This document shows, piece by piece, positions 1-11,600 of a stretch of 64,000 nt of DNA. The number at the start of each line of letters is the position of its first letter. The first letter of the stretch is position 1. Under the pieces are notes generated by a model. It searched no databases. It had not been told where the DNA came from and saw nothing but the letters and a program-made list of their open reading frames with translations. This DNA is from Eledone cirrhosa (lineage: Eukaryota), in NCBI GenBank assembly GCA_964016885.1, contig OZ024744.1, forward strand, positions 116,498,001 to 116,562,000, read 5' to 3'. Position numbers and translations under genes: made by a program.

Positions 1-254
1 ATAGGGATGTCCTTACAAAAAGAATGTCGGAATTAAAAATAATGTCAGAATTAAAATAATGTAGGAAATTAAAATATTAAGTATATATATTAAAAATATT
101 ATAAATATTGGAGGTATAAAAAATTTCTGAAATATTAAAAATATAAAAAATATAAAAAAATATTTAAAAATATAAAAAATATTAAAAATAGTAAAAAATT
201 TACATTTAAATTTTTTTAAACAAAATAGGATCATTTTGAAGGTTTATAGGGATA

Positions 255-980
255 TTATAAATTAAGAATAGTTCTGAACGTGGAATTTTGGCGATGTTTG
301 CAAGAAGAAAATAATTCTGTTCTGAGATTAATAGAGTTTTGACAGTTAATTATATAAAAAATTTCTTCGATACACAATTTACAGAATCCTGATAAAGCCG
401 TATTTCAGTATGCATGTGCTTTTGAAATTTTTCTCCAAGATATTGAATATTCTATATTATTGTCTTTTAAATCCCATATAAGATGTGAAAGTGAAGTAGA
501 AGATTTTTTATCAGATCTCCTGAGAGTATGATTATGGTTATTCCAGCGTTCTTTAAATTTTGTTGAAGTGGCACCAACATAGTTAAATATTTTGTCGCTA
601 GTTTTAACTGTGCATTTATAAACTATGTTTTTGTCTAAACAATTATTTTGTAAAGGGCAGTTTGATTTGATTCTACAGTTACAATTACTAGAGTTATTGT
701 TGTTCAGAACGGTACCATTATTCTGAGTATTGTTGTTAGAAATATTATTATTGCTATTTTGTTTAGTTTGGTTAGGGTTTAAATTTAAGTTTCTATTATT
801 AATTCTATTTATATTTTGTGCGATGTTCATAGTAGTAGAGTAGGATAGTTTTATAGTGTGTCTGTTAAAAATAGAGTGGTATCTGTGGGCTTTAGGAAAA
901 CATTTGTCTAGTGCTTTAAAGAATAGCTTTGCTAAAGGTGTTTTAATGTTTAATGAGAATGGGGGAGAGTACCAGATAAA
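255..980 (-). mobile_element. Penelope-like element (PLE) 3' fragment: RT-thumb/linker plus C-terminal GIY-YIG endonuclease (Neptune-like), one in-frame TGA
   Basis: Manual translation extends ORF 405..830 both ways: FIWYSPPFSLNIKTPLAKLFFKALDKCFPKAHRYHSIFNRHTIKLSYSTTM...CNCRIKSNCPLQNNCL..IVYKC..YVGAT..FKERWNNH..LSHLIWDLK..AHAY*NTALSGFCKLCIEE..NLRTELFSSCKHR..TAA(255-257). These are the typical PLE IWFNPP / FNRNTIKLSYS / CNCR-CPL / CxLC / CRH motifs. Confidence 0.85.
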
Positions 981-1206
981 TGAACACTGGCGAGACCTTC
1001 AAGATAGAAAAGAATCATCAGTACTCCACCAACATGGTAAAATAGAACACAAGGGTAAATTAGAGAACATAGAAATAAAAATAGAATCTACACACAGAAA
1101 AGACGCAATGTTTAGACAAATCACAGAGGCAATAAACATAAATGAACTCCAACCAAAATTAAATAGAAAACATGAATGGAATAGCAACATCACAACTTAC
1201 AATTAA
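975..1206 (+). mobile_element. Second, unrelated PLE fragment: C-terminal half of a GIY-YIG endonuclease
   Basis: INEHWRDLQDRKESSVLHQHGKIEH...RQITEAININELQPKLNRKHEW matches the R..EH / S.L..H / R.I.EA..I / LN pattern of PLE GIY-YIG domains. The first 40 aa of ORF 856..1206 are antisense of the neighbouring PLE. Confidence 0.75.
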
Positions 1207-1403
1207 GGACAAAATGAAAACACACACACATAGAACAAACAACCAACCAGTAACATGTAAATAAACAAATAAATGAACAAATAAAAACACACACAGACAC
1301 CCGGATGTAACACATGCGCAAACTAAGCACACAACACACACAAAAACAAGATGGCGTAGGACAGAACAAAGGAGAGGCACAAAACAAAGAAAAGAATGAC
1401 CCA

Positions 1404-1446
1404 GTCACTGAAGAGGTCACAGAATGTGCGACGAAAGAACTTTGAC
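1404..1446 (+). ncRNA. Minimal type I hammerhead ribozyme-like motif downstream of the PLE ORF
   Basis: GTCA-CTGAAGA-G[GTCACA gaa TGT gc GAC]-GAAA-GAAC-TT-TGAC: CUGANGA and GAAA cores, 4-bp stem I (GTCA/TGAC), stem II with a bulge, very short stem III. Location fits PLE pLTR hammerheads. Confidence 0.5.
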
Positions 1447-1661
1447 AATATATGAACAACCGTCCGGTTGTGGAACCAACCAACCAACCAACCGCAAATT
1501 TATAAATTTTTAAATTTATAATTTAATTTATAATAAATTTGAGTGAAAGCAACTGGTGCGTGTGTTTCTTATTGGCAACATGACCCTCCCAAAGTATAAC
1601 AATATCGGTTTCAACACACGTTTTCAGATAAAGAATCTTGCTAAACAAATTCAGAAACGAA

Positions 1662-1662
1662 A

Positions 1663-1718
<56 letters not shown>
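1662..1718. repeat. (TA)n microsatellite
   Basis: Direct inspection. Confidence 0.95.
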
Positions 1719-1722
<4 letters not shown>

Positions 1723-2267
1723 AAGAAGTTAAGGGCTTAAGTATGGGTTTCTTCATCTTTAGTGAAGAACTTCTTCTGACCAATTCTCCTGACAGTTTCT
1801 TACCCCCTTATATAAATATATATAAATATATATAAATATATATACAGTTGCTTGAGAGGGGGTTTCTTCTTTGAAACCTTCTGCTGTCCAGCTCTCCTGA
1901 AACTACCAATTATTTTAACTTCACAGCAACTACTTCCAGATATAAAATTAGAACACTAAAATTTATAATCAGTCGGAAATTCATGACTAACTATAAATTA
2001 TCTGAATATTTTGTGACATTCACACACCTCTCACAGTAACTTAGAGTAACTCTTTGCAGAGTGAGTTCAATATCTGCTTGGACCATTCCTTATAGGGTTC
2101 TATAGTCTATCTTCTTCCTGTCGTACAACATATGTAGAATGGTTAAAGAGAGAGAGAGAGAGGGGGGGGGGATTGGTGGTGCGAAACCATGGCACCATTT
2201 CTAGTATTATGGTTTGCCTCCAGGCTGCCAAGAAAATGTCTGAGGGGGAAATCCTGAGCATGCAGTG

Positions 2268-2373
2268 CTAGAGCAGCAGCAGTAGTAGCAGCAGTAGTAG
2301 TGGCAGTAGCAGCTGCCACTACAGCAACAGCAGCAGCAGCAGTTGTGGTGGTAGCAGCTGCCACTACAGCAAT

Positions 2374-2411
<38 letters not shown>

Positions 2412-2487
2412 TAGCAGTAGTAGTAGCAGTAGCAGCAGCAGCAGTAGTAGTAGCAGCAGCAGCAGCAGTAGTAGCAGCAGCAGTAGT
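2268..2487. repeat. Compound (CAG)/(TAG)n trinucleotide repeat
   Basis: Direct inspection; explains the poly-Ala/Thr/Cys/Val pseudo-ORFs. Confidence 0.95.
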
Positions 2488-2686
2488 CCTGTATGACAGA
2501 TGTACAATAGTTAGAAAGAGGCAGGTTGAGACCAGTAAGCCAAGCCACAGCGCCATCTATAGTAATATGTTATTGTAAGGGAAGCAATCGTGAACAGAAC
2601 TGTGTGGTCCCTACAGTCACATGATGGGCTGCCCTGGCAGGTGTTGTAGGATCCAATTAAAGGTCACCCATTGCTTTCTAGGAAAG

Positions 2687-5600
2687 CTGGTTGGTTTATA
2701 TGTGGGGTCTTGGTGCGGGTCATGGTTGGAGTCTTAGTTGGGGTTTTGGATGGGGTCTTGGTTGGGTTTTGAAAGGGGTCTTGGTTGGGGTTTTGGTTGG
2801 GGTCTTGGTTGGGTTCTTGGTTGGGGTTTTGTTTGGGGTTTTGATTGGAGTCTTTGGTGGGGTCTTGGTTGGGGTCTTGGTTGGGGGTCATGGTTGGGGG
2901 TCTTGGTTGGGGTCTTGTTTGGTTGCATTGTTGGGGTCTTGGTTGGGATCTTGGTTGGGTTCTCTGTTGGGGTCGTGGCTGGGGTTTTGGTTGGGGTCTT
3001 GGTTGGGGTCTTCGTTGAGGCTCTTGGTTCGGGTTTTGGTTGGGGTTTTGGTTGGTGTCATGGTTGGTTTATATGTGTGGTCATTCTTGGGGCCGTGTTT
3101 GGGGTCTCGGTTGGTGTCATGGTTGGAGTCTTGGTTGGGGTCTTGTTTGGGGCCTGGTTGGGGTCCGCTTTGGGGTCATGGCTGGTTTATATGTGGGGTC
3201 TTGGTTGGGGGTCTTGTTTCGGGTCTTGGTTGTGGTCTTGGTTGGTGTCATGGTTGGGGTCATGGTTGGGGTCTTGGTTGGTGTCTTGGTTGGTGTCATG
3301 GTTGGGGTCTTGCTAGGGGTCTTGGTTGAGTGCTAGGTTGGGGCGTGGTTGGAGTCCTCTTTGGGGTCATGGTTGGTTTATATGTGATTTCTTGGTTGGG
3401 GTCTTGTTTGGGGTCTTGGTTAGTGTTTTGCTTGGTTTATAAGTGGAGTCTTGGGTGGGGTCTTGGTTGGGGTTTTGGCTGGCGTCATGGTTGTTGTCAT
3501 GGTTGGTTTATATGTGGGGTCATGGTTGAGGTCTTGGTTGGGGTCTTGGTTTGGTTTCATTGTTGGGGCCTTGGTTGGGGTCTCGGTTAGTGTCTTGATG
3601 AGGTCTTGTTGGGGTCTTGGTTGGTGTTATGGTTGATTTCTTGGTTGGGGTCTTGGTTGGGGTCATGGTTGGCGACTTGTTTGGGGTCTTGGTTGGGGTT
3701 TTGTTTGGGGTCTTGGATGGGGTGTTGTTTGGGGGTCATCGTTGGTGTGATGGTAGGGGTCTTGGTTGGGGTCTTGGTTGGGGTCTTTGTTGGGGTCTCG
3801 TTTAGGGTCTTGGATGGGGTGTTGTTTGGGGTCATGGTTGGGGTCTGGTTGGTTTATATGTGATGTCTTGGTTGGGGTCTTGGTTTCGGGCTTTGGCTGG
3901 AGTCTTGGTTGGGGTCTTGGTTGGTTTAAATGTGGGTCTTGGTCTGGGTTTTGGTTGGGGTCTTGGTTGGGGCTTTGGTTGGGGTCTTCGTTGGGGTCTT
4001 GGTTGGGGTCTTTGTTGGTGTCTCGGTTGGGGTCTGGTTGGATTATATGTGGGGTCATGGTTGGGGATTTGGTTGGGGTCTTCGTTGGGGTCTTGGTTGG
4101 GAACTTGGTTGGGGTCTCTGTTGGGGTCTTGGCTGGTGTCTTGGTTTGGGCCTTGGTTGGGGTCTTGTTTGGGGTCTTGGTTGGGGTCTTAGTTGGGGTC
4201 TTGGTTGGGATCTTGGTTGGGTTCTTGGTTGGGGTCATAGTTGGGGTCTTGGTTGGAGTCTTGGTTGGCGTGTTGGTTAGGGTTTTGCTTGGTTTATATG
4301 TGGGGTCTTGGGTGGGGTCGTGGTTGGGGGTCTTGTTTGATGTCTTGGTTGGTGTCATGGTTGGTTTATATGTGGGGTCTTGGCTGCTGTCTTGTTTGGG
4401 AACTTGGTTGGGGTCTTGGTTGGTGTCATGGTTGGTTTATATGTGGGGTCTTGGTTGGTGTCTTGTTTGGGATCTTGGTTGGGGTCTTGGTTGGTGTCAT
4501 GGTTGGTTTATATGTGGGGTCTTGGCTGGTGTCTTGTTTGGGATCTTGGTTGGGGTCTTGGGTGGTGTCATGGTTGGTTTATATGTGGGGTCTTGGTTGG
4601 TGTCTTGTTTGGGATCTTGGTTGGGGTCTTGGTTGGTGTCATGGTTGGTTTATATGTGGGGTCTTGGTTGGTGTCTTGTTTGGGATCTTGGTTGGGGTCT
4701 TGGTTGGTGTCATGGTTGGTTTATATGTGGGGTCTTGGTTGGTGTCTTGTTTGGGATCTTGGTTGGGGTCTTGGTTGGTGTCATGGTTGGTTTATATGTG
4801 GGGTCTTGGTTGGTGTCTTGTTTGGGATCTTGGTTGGGGTCTTGGTTGGTGTCATGGTTGGTTTATATGTGGGGTCTTGGTTGAGGTCTTGGTTGGGGTC
4901 TTGGTTGGGGCCTTGGTTGGGATCTTGGTTGGGGTCTTGGTTGGGGTCTTGGTTGGGATCTTGGTTGGGTTCTTGGTTGGGGTCATAATTGGGGTCTTGG
5001 TTGGAGTCTTGGTTGGCGTGTTGGTTAGGGTTTTGCTTGGTTTATATGTGGGGTCTTGGGTGGGGTCGTGGTTGGGGGTCTTGTTTGATGTCTTGGTTGG
5101 TGTCATGGTTGGTTTATATGTGGGGTCTTGGCTGGTGTCTTGTTTGGGATCTTGGTTGGGGTCTTGGGTGGTGTCATGGTTGGTTTATATGTGGGGTCTT
5201 GGTTGGTGTCTTGTTTGGGATCTTGGTTGGGGTCTTGGTTGGTGTCATGGTTGGTTTATATGTGGGGTCTTGGTTGGTGTCTTGTTTGGGATCTTGGTTG
5301 GGGTCTTGGTTGGTGTCATGGTTGGTTTATATGTGGGGTCTTGGTTGAGGTCTTGGTTGGGGTCTTGGTTGAGGTCTTGGTTGGTGTCATGGTTGGTTTA
5401 TATGTGGGGTCTTGGTTGGGGTCTTGGTTGGTGTCATGGTTGGTTTATATGTCGGGTCTTGGTTGAGGTCTTGGTTGGGGTCTTGGTTGAGGCCTTGGTT
5501 AGGGTCTTGGTTGGTGTCTTTGTTGGGGTCTTGTTTTGGGTCTTGGTTGGGGTCTTGGTTGGGATCTTGATTGGGGTCTCGGTTGGGGTCTGGTTGGTTT

Positions 5601-8600
5601 ATATGTGGGGTCTTGGTTGAGGTCTTGGTTGGGGTCTTGGTTGTGGCCTTGGTTAGGGTCTTGGTTGGGGTCTTTGTTGGCATCTTGGTTGGGATCTTGG
5701 TTGGTGTCTTGGTTGGTTTATATGTGTGGTCATTTTTGGGACTGTGCTTGTGGTCTCGGATGGTGTCATGGTAGGGGTTTTGGTTGGGGTCTTGGTTATG
5801 GTTTTTGCTTGGGTTATATGTGGGGTCTTGTTGGGGGTCTTGGTTGAGGTCTTGGTTGGGGTCTTGGTTGGTGTCATGGTTGGGGTCATGATTGAGGTCT
5901 TGGTTGGGGTCTTGGTTGGTGTCATGGTTGGGGTCATGATTGGGGTCTTGACTGGTGTCATGGTTGGGGTCTAGGTTGGGGTCTAGGTTGGGTCTTGCTT
6001 GGGGTCTTGGTTGGGGTCTTGGTTGAGGTCTTGGTTGGGGTCTTGGTTGGTTTCATGGTTGGGGTCTTGGTTGGGTCTTGCTTGGGGTCTTAGTTGGGTC
6101 ATCGTTGGGGACTTGTTGCGGTCTTGGTTGGGATCTTGGCTGCGGTCTTAGTTGGAGTCTTGGATGGGACCTTGTTTGGTGTCATGTTTGGTGTCATGGT
6201 TGGGGTCTTGGTTGGAGTCTTGGTTGGGGTCTTGGTTGGGGTCTTGGTTGAGGTATTGGATGGGGTATAGGTTGGGGTCATGGTTGGCGTCTTGGTTGGC
6301 GTCTTGGTTTGGGTCTTGGTTATGGTTTTGGTGGGGATCTTGATTGGGCTCTCGGTTGGGTCTGGTTGGTTAATATGTGGGGTCTTGGTTGAGGTCTTGG
6401 TTGGGATCTTGTTGGGGTCTTGGTTGGGGATTTGGTTGGGGTCATAGCTGGAGTTTTGGTTGGGGTCTCGTTTGGGATCTTGGTTGGTGCCATGCTTGGG
6501 GTCTTGGTTGGGGTCATGGTTGGTGTCTTGGGTGATGTCATGGTTGGGGTCTTGGTTGGAGTCTAGGTTGGGTCTTGCTTGGCGTCTTGTTTGGTGTCAT
6601 GGTTGGGGACTTGGTTGCGGTCATGGTTGGGGTGTTGGTTGGAGTCTCGGTTGGGGTCTTGGTTGGGTGTTGGTTGGGGTCTTGGTTGATGTCTTGGTTG
6701 GTGATATGGTTGGGCTCCTGGTTGGGGTCTTGGTTGGGGTCTTGGTTAGGGTCTTGGTTGGGGTCTAGGTTGGGTCTTGGTTGGGGTCTTGGTTGGTGTC
6801 ATGGTTGGTTAATATGTGGGGCTTGGTTGAGGTCTTGGTTGGGGCCTTGGTTGGAGTTTTGGTTGGGATCTTGGTTTGGGTCTTGGTTGCGGTCTTGGTT
6901 TGGGTCTTGGTTGGGCTCTTGGTTGGGATCTTGATTGGGGTCTCGGCTGGGGTCTGGATGGTTTATATGTGGGGTCTTGGTTGGGTTCTTGGTTGGGGTC
7001 TTGGTTGGTGTCATGGTTGGGGTCCTGGTTGGGGTCTTGGTTGGGGTCTTGGTTAGGGTCTTGGTTGGTGTCTTGGTTAGCGTCTTGGTTGGGGTCTTTG
7101 TTGGTGTCATGGTTGGGGTCTTTGTTGGTGTCATGGTTGGGGTCTTGTTTGTGGTCATGGTTTGGGTCTTGGTTGGGGTCTTGGTTGGGGTCTTGGTTGG
7201 GGTCCTGGTTGCAGTCTTGGTTGGGTTCTTGGTTGGTGTCATGGTTGGTTTATATGTGGGTCTTAGTTGAGGTCTTGGTTGGGGTCTTGGTTGGGGTCTT
7301 GGTTAGGATCTTGGTTGGTTTCATTGTTGGGGACTTGGTTGGAGTCTTGGTTGGTGTCTTGGTTAGCATCTTGGTTGGGGTCTTTGTTGGTGTCATGGTT
7401 GGGGTCTTGGTTGTGGTCATGGTTGGGGTCTTGGTTGGAGTCTTGGTTGGGGTATTGGCTGGAGTCATGGTTGTTTTATATGTGGGGTGTAGGTTGGGGT
7501 CTTGGTTGTGTCATGGTTGGCGTCATGGTTCGTATATATGTGGGGTCTTGGTTGGAGTCTTTGTAGGGGTCTTGGTTTCGGGCCTTGGCTGGAGTCTTGG
7601 TTGGGGTCTTGTTTGTGGTCTTGGTTGGGATCTTGGATGCGGTCTCGGTTGGGGTCTTGGTTGGCGTCTTGGTTGGGATCTTGGTTGGGTTCTTGGTTGG
7701 GTCTTGGTTGGGGTTTTGGTTGGGGTCATAGTTGTGGTCTTGGTTGGGGTCTTGGTTGGTGTCTTCGTTGGTCTCATGGTTGGTGTCTTGTTTGGAGTCT
7801 TGGTTGATGTCTTGGTTGGTGACATGGTTGGAGTCCTGGTTGGGGTCTTGGTTGGGGTCTTGGTCAGGGTCTTGGTTGCGGTCTTGCTTAGGGTTTTGGT
7901 TGGGGTCTTGGTTGGTGTCATGGTTGGGATCTCGGTTGGGGTCTCGGCTGGTGTCTGGATGGTTTATATGTGGGGTCTTGGTTGGAGTATTGGTTAGGGT
8001 CTTGGTTAGGGTTTTGGTTGGGGTCTCGGTTGGTGTCATGGTTGGGATCTTGGTATGGGTCTTGGCTGGTGTCATGGTTGGTTTATATGTGGGGTCTTGG
8101 TTGAGGTCTTGGTTGGGGTCTTGGTTGGGGCCTTGGTTGGGATCTTGGTTGGTGGCTTGGTTGCGATCTTGGTTGGGGTCTTGGTTGCGGTCTTGGTTGG
8201 TGCCTTGCTTGGGTCTCGGTTGGGGTCTGGTTGGTTTATATGTGGGGTCTTGGTTGGGGTCTTGGCTGGGATCTTGGTTGGGAACTTGGTTGGGGTCTCT
8301 GTTGGTGTCTTGGTTGGATTCTTGGTTGGGGTCTTGGTTTGGATCTTGGTTGAGGTCTTGGTTTGGTCTTGGTTGAGGTTTTGGTTGGGAACTTGGTTGG
8401 GTTCTTGTTTGGGGTCTTGGTTGGGTTTTTGTTTGGGGTCATAGATGGGGTTTTGGTTGGGATCTTGGCTGCGGTCTTAGTTGGAGTCTTGGATGGGACC
8501 TTGTTTGGTGTCATGTTTGGTGTCATGGTTGGGGTCTTGGTTGGAGTCTTGGTTGGGGTCTTGGTTGGGGTCTTGGTTGAGGTATTGGATGGGGTATAGG

Positions 8601-11600
8601 TTGGGGTCATGGTTGGCGTCTTGGTTGGCGTCTTGGTTTGGGTCTTGGTTATGGTTTTGGTGGGGATCTTGATTGGGCTCTCGGTTGGGTCTGGTTGGTT
8701 AATATGTGGGGTCTTGGTTGAGGTCTTGGTTGGGATCTTGTTGGGGTCTTGGTTGGGGATTTGGTTGGGGTCATAGCTGGAGTTTTGGTTGGGGTCTCGT
8801 TTGGGATCTTGGTTGGTGCCATGCTTGGGGTCTTGGTTGGGGTCATGGTTGGTGTCTTGGGTGATGTCATGGTTGGGGTCTTGGTTGGAGTCTAGGTTGG
8901 GTCTTGCTTGGCGTCTTGTTTGGTGTCATGGTTGGGGACTTGGTTGCGGTCATGGTTGGGGTGTTGGTTGGAGTCTCGGTTGGGGTCTTGGTTGGGTGTT
9001 GGTTGGGGTCTTGGTTGATGTCTTGGTTGGTGATATGGTTGGGCTCCTGGTTGGGGTCTTGGTTGGGGTCTTGGTTAGGGTCTTGGTTGGGGTCTAGGTT
9101 GGGTCTTGGTTGGGGTCTTGGTTGGTGTCATGGTTGGTTAATATGTGGGGCTTGGTTGAGGTCTTGGTTGGGGCCTTGGTTGGAGTTTTGGTTGGGATCT
9201 TGGTTTGGGTCTTGGTTGCGGTCTTGGTTTGGGTCTTGGTTGGGCTCTTGGTTGGGATCTTGATTGGGGTCTCGGCTGGGGTCTGGATGGTTTATATGTG
9301 GGGTCTTGGTTGGGTTCTTGGTTGGGGTCTTGGTTGGTGTCATGGTTGGGGTCCTGGTTGGGGTCTTGGTTGGGGTCTTGGTTAGGGTCTTGGTTGGTGT
9401 CTTGGTTAGCGTCTTGGTTGGGGTCTTTGTTGGTGTCATGGTTGGGGTCTTTGTTGGTGTCATGGTTGGGGTCTTGTTTGTGGTCATGGTTTGGGTCTTG
9501 GTTGGGGTCTTGGTTGGGGTCTTGGTTGGGGTCCTGGTTGCAGTCTTGGTTGGGTTCTTGGTTGGTGTCATGGTTGGTTTATATGTGGGTCTTAGTTGAG
9601 GTCTTGGTTGGGGTCTTGGTTGGGGTCTTGGTTAGGATCTTGGTTGGTTTCATTGTTGGGGACTTGGTTGGAGTCTTGGTTGGTGTCTTGGTTAGCATCT
9701 TGGTTGGGGTCTTTGTTGGTGTCATGGTTGGGGTCTTGGTTGTGGTCATGGTTGGGGTCTTGGTTGGAGTCTTGGTTGGGGTATTGGCTGGAGTCATGGT
9801 TGTTTTATATGTGGGGTGTAGGTTGGGGTCTTGGTTGTGTCATGGTTGGCGTCATGGTTCGTATATATGTGGGGTCTTGGTTGGAGTCTTTGTAGGGGTC
9901 TTGGTTTCGGGCCTTGGCTGGAGTCTTGGTTGGGGTCTTGTTTGTGGTCTTGGTTGGGATCTTGGATGCGGTCTCGGTTGGGGTCTTGGTTGGCGTCTTG
10001 GTTGGGATCTTGGTTGGGTTCTTGGTTGGGTCTTGGTTGGGGTTTTGGTTGGGGTCATAGTTGTGGTCTTGGTTGGGGTCTTGGTTGGTGTCTTCGTTGG
10101 TCTCATGGTTGGTGTCTTGTTTGGAGTCTTGGTTGATGTCTTGGTTGGTGACATGGTTGGAGTCCTGGTTGGGGTCTTGGTTGGGGTCTTGGTCAGGGTC
10201 TTGGTTGCGGTCTTGCTTAGGGTTTTGGTTGGGGTCTTGGTTGGTGTCATGGTTGGGATCTCGGTTGGGGTCTCGGCTGGTGTCTGGATGGTTTATATGT
10301 GGGGTCTTGGTTGGAGTATTGGTTAGGGTCTTGGTTAGGGTTTTGGTTGGGGTCTCGGTTGGTGTCATGGTTGGGATCTTGGTATGGGTCTTGGCTGGTG
10401 TCATGGTTGGTTTATATGTGGGGTCTTGGTTGAGGTCTTGGTTGGGGTCTTGGTTGGGGCCTTGGTTGGGATCTTGGTTGGTGGCTTGGTTGCGATCTTG
10501 GTTGGGGTCTTGGTTGCGGTCTTGGTTGGTGCCTTGCTTGGGTCTCGGTTGGGGTCTGGTTGGTTTATATGTGGGGTCTTGGTTGGGGTCTTGGCTGGGA
10601 TCTTGGTTGGGAACTTGGTTGGGGTCTCTGTTGGTGTCTTGGTTGGATTCTTGGTTGGGGTCTTGGTTTGGATCTTGGTTGAGGTCTTGGTTTGGTCTTG
10701 GTTGAGGTTTTGGTTGGGAACTTGGTTGGGTTCTTGTTTGGGGTCTTGGTTGGGTTTTTGTTTGGGGTCATAGATGGGGTTTTGGTTGGTGTCTTGTTTG
10801 GAGTCTTGGTTGGAGTTTTGGTTGGTGTCATGGTTGGTTTATATATCTGGTCATTCTTGGGGCCATGGTTGGGGTCTCGGTTGGTGTCATGGTTGGGGTC
10901 TTGGTTGGGGTCTTGTCTGGGGCATGGTTGGGGTCTTGTTTGTGGTATTGGTTGGGATCTTGGATGCGGTCTTGGTTGGGGTCTTGGTTGGGGTCTTGGT
11001 TGGGTCTTGGTTGGGGTTTTGGTTGGGGTCATAGTTGGGGTCTTGGTTGGGGTCTTGGTTGGTGTCTTCGTTGGTCTCATGGTTGGTGTCTTGTTTGGAG
11101 TCTTGGTTGATGTCTTGGTTGGTGACATGGTTGGAGTCCTGGTTGGGGTCTTGGTTGGGGTCTTGGTCAGGGTCTTGGTTGCGGTCTTGGTTAGGGTTTT
11201 GGTTGGGGTCTTGGTTGCTGTCATGGTTGGGATCTCGGTTGGGGTCTCGGCTGGTGTCTGGATGGTTTATATGTGGGGTCTTGGTTGGGGTCTTGGTTGG
11301 GGTTTTGGTTGGGGTCTTGGTTGGGATCTTGGTTGGGGTCTCGGTTGGTGTCTTGTTTGTTTATATGTGGGGTCTTGGTTGAGGTCTTGGTTGGGGTCTT
11401 GGTTGGGGTCTTGGTTGGGGTCTTGGTTGGGATCTTGGTTGGGGTCTCGGTTGGTGTCTTGTTTGTTTATATGTGGGGTCTTGGTTGAGGTCTTGGTTGG
11501 GGTCTTGGTTGGGGTCTTGGTTGGGGTCTTGGTTGGGATCTTGGTTGGGGTCTTGGTTGGGGTCTTGGTTGGGTTTTTTTGTTGGGATCTTGGTTGGGTT

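Noticed and set aside
2143-2578. Signal-peptide plus poly-Ala/Thr or Cys/Tyr-rich ORFs
   Set aside because: Explained by the CAG/TAG trinucleotide repeat; no other support.
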